Assembly: GCA_973851085.1 (NCBI GenBank)
Contig: OZ316775.1
Location: 18,290,001 to 18,354,000, forward strand
Direction: 5' to 3'
DNA length: 64,000 nucleotides
Source of the DNA: Ptychomitrium polyphyllum
Taxonomy: Eukaryota
The position numbers and the translations under genes are program-made. This document shows, piece after piece, positions 38,501-51,353 of this stretch (positions are counted from its first letter, which is position 1; each line of letters starts with the position of its first letter). Under the pieces are notes generated by a model that was not told the DNA's origin, searched no databases, and saw only the letters and a list, made by a program, of their open reading frames with translations.

Positions 38501-41500
38501 GTTTGTAATACCTGCCGTGCAACATATATAATATGAACAGAAAGAATATGATGTGGGTGCATCATGTGATTAGCATTAGATGAACGTTTCTAACGAGAAT
38601 TTTTATTTACCACAAATGATAATCAAGCCATATTATTGTGTGCAGATGGGAACTCTTGCAAAGAAACTGCAAGCAGAGCCACCCCCAAAAATTGTGAAGG
38701 TTACAATGAGCCAAAAAATTCCCCTGACTGGTGAAGAACTTCAAGCTTATGAGGAAGAGCAAAGACTGAAGGTGGCAGCTGAGCAAGAGGTCATCCCAAT
38801 GGAAGAAGATGGCCATTCCTCACCAAAAGTTAAAGCTGTGACTGGCCCCTTACCTCTAATTGTTGCAGAACCTGGCGGTGGTGTTCCAATGGGTGTTGAA
38901 GGTATAAAATGACCTTTAGGCTTTGTCGTAGTCTTGTTGCTAGGTAGTTGTGACTACATATTGTTTAAAGCACCAATAGTTGACCAAGTAAATATGGTGC
39001 ACTTTATGAGCGTAATAAGTAGCCTCTACTTCTCTCCATTACTTTGGGCTTTAACCCAACCTTTTAAACAGCCATTGATGGCGACGTTCTGATTTTAGTG
39101 CATCGAGTGTTTGCCACTGTCAGTGCTAGTGCGTGGAAAATAATTTTCGTTGTATGCTGTGTGCAGGGTTATTAGCAGCGAACGAAGCACCGTTACATCG
39201 TCAGATACTTATTGATGGTTTCTCTGCATCAGAAAAAACTGCAGCTCCTATGTTTCCTCTGTATGAGAACCCAAGTGATTGGGACGAGTATGGGGAAGTC
39301 ATAAATCCTGATGATTATGTCGTGAAAGAAACAGAATTGATGGATTATCAAAGTTCACAACCGGTCTGTTTCCAATCTATCTTGCAGTGCCTTCTCGTTT
39401 ATTGCTCAATGAGTTTCATTGGTTTATCAACATATAATGGTAGAGACTATATTGAACTTAAATACTTACAAGTGATTTTTTGCAACCCATAGGTGTTGCC
39501 ATCTCTCTCTAAACTCGCGCTCTCACATTTTTGCAGGCTCCTCTTCTTGCCGACGGTGAAGAGAACACAGACCCAGAGGCGGAAGCGATTCTTGTTGACA
39601 GGCCCTCGAAAGTCGTTGTTAAAGATTATACAGTAAGTTTGTATCTCTGCCTCTATTTACATTTACATGCATGTATTAAACGATTAGTATACTACCTAGC
39701 CATTTATGCCGCTCTGTATTCTAGGTGCTGTTTGATGAGATCTCTGTTTTATATCATAGCAACTTAGCTGATGCTAGAGGGCACTGGAGTAGGACTTTCA
39801 TGGAATTTTTCTACGTGTTTTTTTTTCTTAAATTGCATATCATGTACTCAATCAATAGTTTGGGGTTGAATTATCAGGTTCAGGTTAAGTGTGCACTGTA
39901 CTACATGGACTTTGAGGGGCGCTCTGATGGCCGTTCCATCAAAAACATTCTAGCTCACGTTGCTCCTATCAAACTTGTAAGTTTGTTATACTCCATTGTT
40001 GTTTTTTCCGTTCTTGATTTCTCTCGATTAGATTTTTGCCATGACAGGATTTTAGGTAATGTCCCTGTAATTTGTCTTTTATTTTAAACTGGCCTTAAAG
40101 CTGAAGAGAGGGTCTTAGCAATGTAGAATTTCGTGATTTCTCATTTTTGAACATTATTTCTTGAAGGTGCTTGTACACGGGTCAGCAGAAGCTACAGAAC
40201 ATTTGAGGCAACATTGTGTGAAAAATGTGTGTCGAGACGTCTATGCCCCTCGCATTGGTGAAACTCAGGATGTTACCTCAGATTTGTGTGCCTACAAGGT
40301 AGTTCTTTTGCTCTTAAAAATGTTTAGTTGTATTTTCTGATATAGTGGTGCCTTCAAACTTCGGCTGATAAGACTGTCATGAATTGCAAGTTTGTAATAA
40401 AAAGATAGTTTTCACTATCTGTACTATTCATCATCTGGTTTCAAATGCCTTGAAAGAGCTAAACCCCTAGTTAGCAATATGTAGTTTGAAACTTAGGCGG
40501 ATCATGTGAGAGCTTTGAATGCTGTTGTCCATTCTTACTTGGTCTCTGTTTTTTGCAGGTGCGCCTGACTGAGCGGCTAATGAGTTCTGTGTTGTTCAGA
40601 AAGGTAAGAGACCTGCAACATCAGTTCGAACAACGTTGATTTCTAAAGTTGATTGAACAAACATGTATATGTGCGTATAATATTTGCGGGCACCCCAGTA
40701 TGACATATTTGGTTGCCTTTGGTTGCAATCCCTAGTGCGGTAACGACCCTAGTTCACATGGTGTTTAGTGACCAAAGGTACAAAATTATATTCCTATAGG
40801 ACCAAGTTTTGCAGACGCACATAGAAGTCTTCCAACATTTAGCTCACTTAAATAACTCGTATTGACCTGACGTTTCATCATCTGATGGCCGCTTTTTGAC
40901 ATGCACGGTTCTGGTGACAGCTTGGGGATTATGAGGTGGCATGGGTAGATGGGGAGATCGGGAGTCAAGAATCAGAGGGAATGCTTCCGCTTCTCCCTTC
41001 TGAGACACCTCCACCACACAAATCAGTTTTTGTTGGTGATTTGCGGCTTGCTGATTTCAAGCAACTTTTGGCCACTAAAGGCATTCAGGTTGGGTTTCCT
41101 TTTTCTTTCTAGATTATCTGATTTTAGGGCACGGGTTAATTTACTGGACCTGTACCCTCATAATCCAGACATGATTTGTTTGCTTTTCTACAGGCCGAAT
41201 TCGCTGGTGGTGTACTGCGATGTGGTGATGCTTTTGCAGTGAGGAAGGTGAGATTTGCACCACTTACGTGTTCTCTTTGATTTTACCCGAGTGGTTTCCA
41301 TGTTGATCCTCACATGTACATAAGCAATTCTTATACCAGGAGTTTGACTTGGAAGTATTAAAACTTATTTCATGGGTTTCGATGATGAAAATGGTTTGCT
41401 TACTGATCAGGAATTAGTGCTTATGATGCAGAGTGGCGGAAGCCAGCAGTTGGTCATCGAGGGCCCACTGTCAGAAGAATATTACAAATTACGAGATCTT

Positions 41501-41527
41501 TTGTATTCTCAGTTCTACATGCTATAG
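35504..41527 (+). CDS. CPSF100: Cleavage and polyadenylation specificity factor subunit 2 (CPSF100), multi-exon
   Basis: [156 protein letters not shown], final exon [26 protein letters not shown]. Confidence 0.97.
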
Positions 41528-43029
41528 CAGGTTACATTTATCTTATCTAAGATGAATTGCCGTTGTGAGAGCAATCTGGCAGAGGAATATTTATTGATTA
41601 ATCAGAACCCTCGTTGCCTTTAGGAGAGATAGTTAGGGTACCATAGCCACTTGATCGTGACTAACGGAAAGGACACTAGGGTCCGTAGAAAATAGAAAAG
41701 GCCTTTCTGTAGTGTTTAGAAAATTTAAATAGTATTGCACGTTAAGCTTTCTGAGTTTTACGCCAAGCAGTAAAGCATCAGGTGAATAGCTCAGTATTTT
41801 GACATGCGGTGCGATCTATTTTTTAGTGAATCTTATTTAATGTATTTCTGTGGCATTGGATTTCCAAATTGAATTTTGCACTCCACATTGAGAATATACT
41901 CAACGTTGCTAACAATTCCATTGATGTCTCTGACATGCTTTTCACATGTAGCATCTTGATATTCTGCTGTTGACGCATACATCACATTTTAAGCTTATCA
42001 AGGGATATCACCAATGGCTCTTTCCTCAAACCCCCTCTGTATCGTGCCCTTTAACATCACAATTTTTATTTGGAAATGGGTCTGCATAGATCATAACTCC
42101 CCATCTGTTGTCACTATCTCAATACATGCTAATTTATTAATATGGAACAGAGAGAATGTGGAAAGGGTTGGAATTAGTCTTAAGAATTTGTTGAATTTAG
42201 TGTTGAGTTTAGTGTTAGAGAATTTGTTGAATTTAGTGGTAGGTGAAACTGTAGTGAGGTTGCAATAAACATGTTACTTTTTGTTATAGAAAGATTCACT
42301 TTAGATGCACTAAGAATGACATAGGATAGTAAGTAAAAAGCAAAAAAATTCACTTTCAAAATTAATTTAGTATAATTTTCTTTCTATCAAAAACAACAAT
42401 TTGTCAATTTATTTACATTTCGAATTGTTGTATTGGATCATAATAAAAATAAGTGGATCATAATAAAACTAAGTGAATATAGTGGTAATGTTGATTAGTT
42501 GATATAAGAGATTATTTATGATATTGCAGTGTGTAATTTACATATGGAAGAGAATACCTTTTTGAAAGTAAAACTAAATAAAGGTTTTCCTTAGATTTAG
42601 GTATCTTGTCCATGAAAAAATACCACATATATTATATGAGATCTCGAAGTACCATTCTATTACAAAACACGTGTGGTTTCTATTTTAGTTATTAACGAGA
42701 AAGGTAGTTCACTATTCAAACATGTTATGAATTTTAAATGGTTTTTGTTGTAGTGAGTTATTGTACTCACTGTTGTAGCTTGGATTCTTTTGTGATTTTT
42801 GGATGATCTTCGAGCAACAATTATTTAAGTGTAATATGTAAATTATGCTAACTTTACATAATGTTGTTATATCTAAGGGTATGACGTCAAAGGAGTTGAA
42901 GAGTACTGGTTTTCTAATTCCCAAGGTGAGGATGAGTTACTTCAACTGTTTGAAGAATGTTCTGTAAAAACGAGGTAAATGATGTCGGTTTTGGGTACGC
43001 ATCCCTTATGTGGAATAGGAGGGTATGAG

Positions 43030-43945
43030 AACAACAATCTCCAGGGACCTAATTCACACTGCTATTCTCCTCAAGCGCACTCCCAGAACGTAGATTCGAG
43101 AACGAAAGTCCTCGACGCCAAGCGATATAAAACATTGACGAAACGCGGTCTTCGGCACCGTAAAAAATCTATTGTACTTTGGTGTTCGAACTAACAGACT
43201 CGCTGGAACCATTGGTACTTCTTATGGTGGCCTCACCAACCTCCTTTGGCTCGGCATGGACAATACCATGTAAGATACTGTCTAAAGCAACCCAAAAGAA
43301 AAAGTGTGCGTGTCCAGTTAATTGTCATGCTTTGTGGATGTCTAGATCGATTACCCAATGAACTTAGAGTATAAGACGGCGGTATCTGTTTTTTGTGCTC
43401 GGAAATGGAGAGATTCTTTGCGATTATTAAACAGGTTGTCAGGGAGTATCCCGTCCACACTTGGAAACATTGGACCCTGCCTCAAACATCTTTATTTCGA
43501 TGGGTATCAGCTGCCAGGAATCATCTTTCCGTTCCTGTACAAATTTACTGACCTTATGGAGTTCCACCTAAATAGGAATTACCTTTCTCATTGAGGGGGA
43601 ACTGAGTGGCAGCTTGGGGAATCTCGACTTCGAACAGGTTCCATTTCGTCAAGCATAGGAAGTTTAAAGCAGCTTCAAACTTTGGACCTCTCTCACAACA
43701 TGCTGACATTATGCCACCAAGTTTGGAAACCTCACCGAACTTTATCAAACGACTTTGGAGAACAACGAGCTAAGCGGCACCATTTTCAACGGACTTGTTA
43801 AGAATCTAAAGGCGCTGGTTTCCATGGATCTTCCAAAGAACAAGTTAACCGGACCGATTTCACAAGGTGCTCTGCTTTCCTCATTTCCTTTCACCTTTTG
43901 ATCATAACCCTGGTCTTGCGGGAATCCACTCCTTCCTTTGCTAGA
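43030..43945 (+). pseudogene. Decayed extracellular leucine-rich-repeat (PGIP/DRT100/RLP-like) gene
   Basis: Plant LRR units spread over several frames with stops: ENNNLQGP, VRTNRLAGTIGTSYGGLTNLLWLGMDN, LNRLSGSIPSTLGNIGPCLKHLYFDG, LENNELSGTIFNGLVKNLKALVSMDLPKNKLTGPISQGALLSSF, and a damaged C-cap ending CGNPLLP. Confidence 0.75.
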
Positions 43946-44357
43946 GCTGGGGATGTCGCCCAAAGTGTTTCACCTAGATTAGTCTACAGGCAGATCGCCC
44001 CAAACTATAAAAAGTAAAGAGTGGCATATTTTCCACACCTCACACTTGTTGCAACAGCTTAACTTTGTTCAAGGATTCCATCTGGAGTTTATGTCTTTAA
44101 TTGAAGTCAAGTTTGATTTCAAAGTCAGGCTGCTAGTTTGAGAGGCATTGTTGGGGTACTTATAATTTACAATTAACCATGTCAAGATGATTATATCATT
44201 ACCGGGCCAAAGATGTTGTACAGATTGGTCAGGTCATCAACTCTTCTATGTGAAGATGTTGCTGATATCGCTGATGTCGCCACCTTATTTTGAGCCTCAG
44301 AACTACATACATACTCACAAGGGAGCTCAATTACAACAACGTGCTCATATATCCAAC

Positions 44358-46199
44358 TCAGGCAGATGAAAGGTGCGATAAGGTCAGAGCCAGAACTTGC
44401 ACACCCTTGGTCATATCTTCCACTGAGGCAAACTCATCAGGACGGTGGCTGTACCCCTTGTAGCATGGAATGAAGATCATGCCCATAGGTGTAATTCTCG
44501 CCATAAACAGGGAGTCATGATACGCTCTGCTAATCATTAGCTTGTACTCCAACCCAAGTGACTCCGCAGCTAGTTTCGCAGCTTCCACTATCTTCTCTCC
44601 ACTCAGCGCAGGCGGATCTTGGTTTACAAGATCAAAATTTGTGATCCGGACGTTCCGTTTCTTCGCAATAGATTCTGCCGATGCTCGGATTCCCCCAACC
44701 ACTTTGTCTCGCCGGGCTTCGTCAATGTCTCGGATGTCGATTTCAAGGCGAGCTTCTCGTGGAACGCTGTTCACTGCCCCAGGATGAATCTCAAAAACTC
44801 CCGTTGTTCCTACTGTGTCGACTGACCCAGACGCCAGAACATGTTCCTCCACAGCAAGGGCCAATTCTGCCCCTGCAAGCCCCGCATCATTCCTGAAATG
44901 CCAAATGATTTCAGAAACAGCTTTAGATTTAGGAACCAACACAGCAGATTAACCTAGACTCAGCCAAAGGAGAGATGGAGAAACACAGAGGAGTTGATTC
45001 TACCGGTCCGGCATGAGAAGAGCTCCGGCATGGCCTCCATCGCCCTTGAACTCGACCTTCAAGCTAGCTGGCGCAGCGATTGCTGTCACAACACCTATTG
45101 AAATGCCTGAATGCAGGACAAGAAGTGTTGTAGGTAAATCAAGTGCGCACAAAAATGTCGGTAAATGTTTTGAATACAAAAATGCCATGGTCCTTGATGT
45201 GAATGCAGAGGGATACGATGATAGAATTGGCTGAATTAGAAGGAGAAACTACGGTGAAGGAGAAGGTGATGCTTGCCTTCCTTTTCAAGGATAGGGCCTT
45301 GCTCAATGTGAAGCTCCACAAAGGCCGAGTAAGCTTCGGTACCGAGTCCCGAAGACTCCAGCTTCTCCTCGACGTTGCGATATCCTGCTGATCTTGCGGC
45401 TTCAACGAATGAGACGTTGTTGGCGTCCACTGCAGCCCTCAGCGTGTCGAAAATCTTCCCGCTCTTGGCCATGGCTCGACTACCCAGGCACCCGAAGCCG
45501 AAGCGGGTTGGCTCCTCGGAGGCGAACATAATGACCTCGATGGCTCGCTTGGGTTGGACGTTCACCCTCTGGAGCGCTTGGATGGCCTGGATGGCGCCCA
45601 GCACGCCTAACACTCCATCGTACTTGCCTGCGTAAGGAATTGCGTCTGTGTGCGAGCCCGAGCCGACCGCGGGTAACGATGGGTCGGATCCTTCCCAGCG
45701 GCCAAAGATGTTGCCGATGGCGTCCTCTCGTACTGACAGGCCTGCTTCGCTCATCAACATCTTCACATACCTACAATGGACACAGAACAATTCTAAACAA
45801 TGTCTCAGAAATGCATGTGACATTCTTGACATGCGCCATGTAGAGATGACACTCAACATTTTATTAGTTTAATAGCAGAGGTGAAGAATGAGTATTCTTC
45901 AGCTTCAGGGAATTTGGTGGAATTAGCACAAATTACCTGCGAGCTGCGACGTCATTCGGGGTATAGAGAATTCGTGTGACGGTGGGAGTAGGCGTGTCGG
46001 AGAATGCTGCAAGCTCGTCAATTTGTTCTTGCAACTTGGCTCCGTCCACGAACAGAGTTTCCCTGGCGCTACCCTTGCAAATTCCACCACTGCCAGTGCT
46101 TTCACACAGCCCGGACTCGCCTGTAGCAGCTCCAGTTGTCATCACAAGTAGCAACACTGCCAAGCACACAAGCACTGCTGTGACCCGCCATAGCTTCAT
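44358..46199 (-). CDS. UAH: Ureidoglycolate amidohydrolase (M20 metallo-amidohydrolase) with signal peptide; exons 46199-45937, 45770-45277, 45106-45004, 44892-44358
   Basis: MKLWRVTAVLVCLAVLLLV signal peptide; QIDELAAFSDTPTPTVTRILYT, GSHTDAIPYAGKYDGVLGVLGA, SEEPTRFG, ELHIEQGPILE, GGHAGALLMP, HPGAVNSVP, SRAYHDSLFMARITPMGMIFIPCYKGYSHRPDE. The RAYHD and GYSH signatures match recalled plant UAH rather than allantoate amidohydrolase (GAGHD). Confidence 0.95.
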
Positions 46200-47454
46200 T
46201 CTTCTTGCAACGAAGGCAAAACAGTGCAGCACAGATGCTCAGTTGGTAGCTTCTCGGAGCTTTTTGTCTCACTTCTCTACAAAGGATCAATAAGTACTTT
46301 GAATTAGTCTATTATGTACAGTGCACTCCGACTACTGTAACTTAGTGCAAACTAATCCACCACTCATGGACTCTGCCATACTCTACCCTGGCTCTGTAGA
46401 TTCACATGAGCATGATCTGTAAGATCACAGTTATCTGACGAGTCCACATCACGAAAAATGCTTGGAAGTTGTAATTTACTTTCGCAGTTGCAGTGGTAAC
46501 AAAATTATCGTTAAAATAGAGAAAAACGAGAAGTGCTTATCAACCTAAATAGGGCACGAGTCCACTGGTTGCAAGGTCTACTGAACCGTGCCTACACTAG
46601 TAGCAAGCTCAGCATGCATACAGCCTCGTCACAAGCTCGTCACAAGATTAGTGCACGAGCTGGTACTTCAATAGCAAGAGTAGGCATCGAATAGCCAAAA
46701 ATCACGAGAAATATGAACTGGGTGTCTAGACAATTAACTTACTGTAGTGACATCTGCAATGTGCATGAGGAACCCACATGAAACATCTTGAATTAGGTGA
46801 ATCATGCAGTGAATTATGCAACAGTGACACTATTCCGAGTCGTGATTCCATTACAAGACCATAATTACTAATAATGGAACTCTCTCAGTGGCTGGACAGC
46901 CTCTCCACTTACCTGGTCTCTCTGTTCCAACTTTCAAAGCGATTTGAGGTGAATCGAAGCAGGACTCAGACTAGAGGGCTATTCGACAACCAGGATTGCA
47001 ATCGTTTTCTGATCCAAAGCTGCAAGAATGCCGAAGAATATACTGCAATCTTCTCTACGGCGAGACAAGTCACAGCAATGATCTAGTCTACGCAATTACG
47101 ACGAAGCCTGTTTGATTCCTCACACGAAACTGACGAGGCACTCACAATGACAAGCAGATTTAATCCCAACCCTCACATGGAGGTCGCATGCTTCGAGCAA
47201 CGATCTGTTGCAACCAGATCTCATCTCTCTCCGGAAATCAACTGATTTACATCCACACGTGACAGTGAAGGCTGAAACATGAGGATTATCAGGTTATCTC
47301 ACAATTTGGGAAGACCGTCCACACAAAAGAGCGGATACTCCAAAGCTCTGTGACATGGTTATAGGGGCGGCTGAACCTGACCGGGCATCTTGCATCCACT
47401 CACCTGGTCACCGTGTTGCTTTCATAAGCACAGGACAGGCCATGGCGATGTGAG

Positions 47455-50400
47455 ATGAAGCTCTCGGCGATGGCGATGGCGATGGCGATGGCGATAGCGA
47501 AGGGAAAGCACCTTCCGCTTCTAATTCTGACCTTCTTCGTCGTTATGCGCTTCGTGGCCGCCGCTTCTTCCATCTGCGAAGATGGTATGTTGCACTTTGA
47601 CTAGCTTTTAAGGTTCAAGTTTGTACCTTGCTTGACTAGAACTTGAATCAACTCTCTTTTGTGTCTAACTGTGTGTTCCTTCCATTCAATGCTTGGGTCC
47701 CCATGTCACCTTTTCTGCTACTTTCTCGAGAAACAGCTCTTTGATATGGAAGGCAGCAAATTGCGAACGTGGTATGCGCAACTTGTGATTCTGAATGCTA
47801 AATTTGGAGGTTTGTGTCCAGATTGCAAAAATTTCTATTCTCCTGTACTGATTCTACTCAGGACTGCTGCAGCTTGCGTTTGATGTTTGTGGGGTTCGTT
47901 CTATAGTTTAGTATGTCACTGCTTCAGTAGGTTTTGCTTTAGTTGATGTCTTGCAGAAACAGAGACGAAAAGGGTGTTAGTTGCGGAGCTGCAACACGGG
48001 TGTGTTGATGACAATCGTGATAGTAAATAGGGCATTAATGTGTTAGCATTTTACAATGTGACTCTTCTGCACTTTGCTAGGGTTGACTGGGCTCAGAAAT
48101 TAGTTCTCTGTAAAGAGTTTGAGATTTTTTCACAAATTCGCAATGTTGTGTTTAAGTTTCGCTCAGTACCACTTTTTGAGTTAGTTTGTTACTTGTTCCG
48201 TTTTCACGATTGTTCTACCTGCGTTTGATTGAATTATTCCTCGACAAATTTTCTTTGGTGACAGTGTTGGCGTCTTCTACTTGCGGAGAGTTCGCTGCGG
48301 CGACTGACACGTCTGATATGTATTCCAAGGTGACGGATCCTACGCTGTCAGCATCTCATCTCCAAGGTAGACACTTGTCTCTTACTGTTTGATAAAATCA
48401 CGCAGAAAATTACTACAAACTACCTTATGTCAATGTCACTTACAGACCCACAATCAGCATTATTGCTGTGAGGCTGATTAGCAGAATACTACGTCTTCCA
48501 AATTTCATTTATAACTTGAGACTTGAAGCATAATGGTATTTCAAGTCTATTAAATGATAATCATACGATGCTATTAGATAGTATCTTAATTGCATAGGTA
48601 TCGCTTTTGTTTGTCTTTACATTCCTCCCGAAAGTTTTCCAGAACCAGCTTAGCAGATGCCAACCACGCAGGATGACAAATATGTTAAGATTTCTAAGCT
48701 ATTTGCTGATTTTATTTTTTTATGAACAGATCTGCCAGGGTTCACTAGGAGCGTCTATGAGCGAGACCATGCTCTCATCACACCCGAAAGTCAAGTCTTC
48801 AGCCCTCTTCTTGGCTGGTAGATTCTCCTTTTATATTCCCTCTTTGTGGAAAACCTTGGAGCTATGAGCAAAAAAGATGAGAGCAGAAAGAATTAAACAT
48901 ACATAATCATTCTTTTTAACTGTGACATACCTATTCCATTATGTATATATTGTTGTTTTATAATTTTTAAGAATGACGGCAGCTCCTACTTTTGTTTCTT
49001 AGGCTTAATACGTTGGCGGCATACATGATCACCCCTGCAATGGGTGCTCATTTCACTATGTACCTTGCGTCCATGGCAGGTAATTCAGCAGTCCTTCACA
49101 TAAGTTTTGCCTTCTGTCTCAGAATTCCGGTTGGTATATGTATTGTGTTGAAGAATTAGTGTACTATGTAATAATATGGTTGCATCCTGCTAAAATAATA
49201 AATAGGTTCCATAATAGTTGCATCGTTTAAGCATGTGCACATGGTAATTGCAAAAATGCTTTCGAATCCTGTTACTGGAGTAGCGTTTGATGCTTGAGCA
49301 ATATACCTTTGCAGGTAACTCATCATCTGCTGAACCACTCCCAGGTATTGAGAGGTAAGTATTTGAGTTGTGCAGTTGTGAATATATGGCCTCGGCTTGT
49401 GATGTTTGCTCGAATATTAGAATTTCTGGATTCTGTCGTCGTCCGTTTGATTTGCAGCAATGCCGTCTGAATACGACCCCTTACAAACATTGTATGTTGA
49501 GTCTGTCAATGATTTGTACTCATTCCCAGCTGTACAAATTGTGCAGGTTCGTGTTCGTTGTGAAAGGAGAGATTGCCTTGACTTCCGAAATGCCTCTGGG
49601 CACCGCTACTTTGAAGGTGGACGAGTTTGCATATATTCCTCCCAATTCGAAACACACGCTTTCCACAAGCCAATCTGCAACGTTGGTGGTATTCGAGCGC
49701 AGGTACTTGATAGTGCTAAAGGTTGCGTTACCCCTTTAATGGCATAATTTATATCTTTTCTAACTGCGATTTTTTAAAGTTTCGGAGGGAACGTTTCCTG
49801 CCCCGTTTTTAGATACTAAGAAAGACTCTGGTATTCCTTTAGGTACTTAGAAGGCGGAGATGTAGCACCTACACTATTCACTGGTCGGACCAACCAACAG
49901 CCGAACTTGGAAACACCCGGGGAGGTAGGTTGTTAAAGTTGTCAGAGGATCATTTGAGAATACACAAAACAGCAATTGCAAAACAGAAACTGTGAAGCTA
50001 AATGAAACTTATATCTACCGAAGAATGATACCAAGATGGTTAAATTGTGTCCAGTAAACTCTTTTAAAGAGTTTAGAGTTATTTTTGTAGACATATTTCC
50101 AGGGCTTTTCATGAGCTGTGAGAAACGCTTTAATATGCTGTGAGTCCTTGCAAAATTGACTCTGCTAATCGAAACCTGGACTTTCCCAGGTCTTTGATCT
50201 TCGGAAGTTGCTGCCAGCAACTCCTACCTATGACTTCAACATCCACGTACGTTTTTACCATCCATTGGATGTCCTAGAGTTTGGTGATTTGGACAGATTT
50301 TAAGTCATCTCTAGCTGCTCGAGGATCTAGTGCAAGGAATGCATTTGCTTACAGAAATGGCTTAATTAAATTTACAGGATCTTAGTAGATTTCTGAGTTG

Positions 50401-51353
50401 GGACGTTGTGTTGAACCTAATCCCATGAATGTTGCTTCATTATGCAGGTCATGGATTTCCAACCTGGGGAGTATTTGAATGTAAAGGTATGGGAGTTTAA
50501 GACGCTAACGCTTGGACACAACAGACTCTTTGTGAAGAATGTTTATTTGGGTTCTTAGATCATTCTGCATTCCATCATTTTCTCTCTGAGTAGTATCTAC
50601 GAGTGCTCTTTAAATCTTTGAACGTGAATCAGAATTCTATATATCCTTGGTTGCCACTGCAATCATAACATGTTTGTGAATTTCTTTTGCAGGAGGTTCA
50701 CTACAACCAACACGGGCTGCTACTCTTGGAAGGCCGTGGCATCTACCGATTAGCTGATAAATGGTTCTTGTTTATATTCTTTCAAACCTTGACAGTTTAT
50801 GTTGCAATTCTATATCTCATTGAAAATTCTTCTTACACATGTTTAGGTCTATGAATTCTAAGACACTGATCAAGGTGGCACATGCAGGTATCCTGTCCAA
50901 GCTGGAGATGTCATTTGGATGGCTCCGTTTGTTCCTCAATGGTAGTCTTCTTATCAGTCTTCCTTAGTTTGCGCTCTTCCTCTGACTTTCATAGTGTAAA
51001 CTCTTTATGGTTCGCATCTTCTTGTCCTCCATATAAAATCGTTGATTTGGCAGGAAAATTACATATGTACTTTCACTTCAGCCTAATACATATGACTGTT
51101 ACTATTTGCCAGAATATTCTCTCTGTGAAGAATAGTATGTAGTCTGGGTCAGTTTTAATTCCCTGTTGACGGACGAATAACATTTATTTTCTCTCCAACC
51201 TTACAGTGGATTTATTTATCATGTTTGGGAGGAATCAGTCTGACTCTTGGATGGTTCGGGAGGAAATGCAGGTATGCAGCTTTAGGGAAGACAAGGTCAC
51301 GCTACATATTGTACAAAGACACTGCCCGGGATCCACTATTACATCCGTATTGA
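47455..51353 (+). CDS. UGLYAH: (S)-ureidoglycine aminohydrolase (bicupin, Mn-dependent). Exons 47455-47584, 48265-48366, 48730-48817, 49003-49079, 49315-49354, 49547-49702, 49843-49924, 50190-50246, 50448-50486, 50693-50763, 50888-50941, 51272-51353
   Basis: Spliced translation PTLSASHLQDLPGFTRSVYERDHALITPESQ..AYMITPAMGAHFTMYLA..IERFVFVVKG..ATLVVFERRY..LETPGEVFDLRKLLP..YDFNIHVMDFQPGEYLNVKEVHYNQHGLLLLEGRGIYRLADKWYPVQAGDVIWMAPFVPQWYAALGKTRSRYILYKD matches recalled plant UGlyAH. Exon 1 encodes a signal-peptide-like stretch; which of the five in-frame ATGs is used is uncertain. Confidence 0.96.
47467..47499 (+). repeat. (GCGATG)n hexanucleotide microsatellite in UGlyAH exon 1 encoding AMAMAMAMAIA
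   Basis: gcgatg gcgatg gcgatg gcgatg gcgata gcg. Confidence 0.9.

Noticed and set aside
42182..42240. Short duplicated agaatttgttgaatttagtg motif
   Set aside because: Low-complexity slippage repeat with no evidence of function.
44358..46199. Alternative call as allantoate amidohydrolase (AAH)
   Set aside because: SRAYHDSLFMAR and CYKGYSH motifs match UAH; AAH has a GAGHD-type motif at this position.
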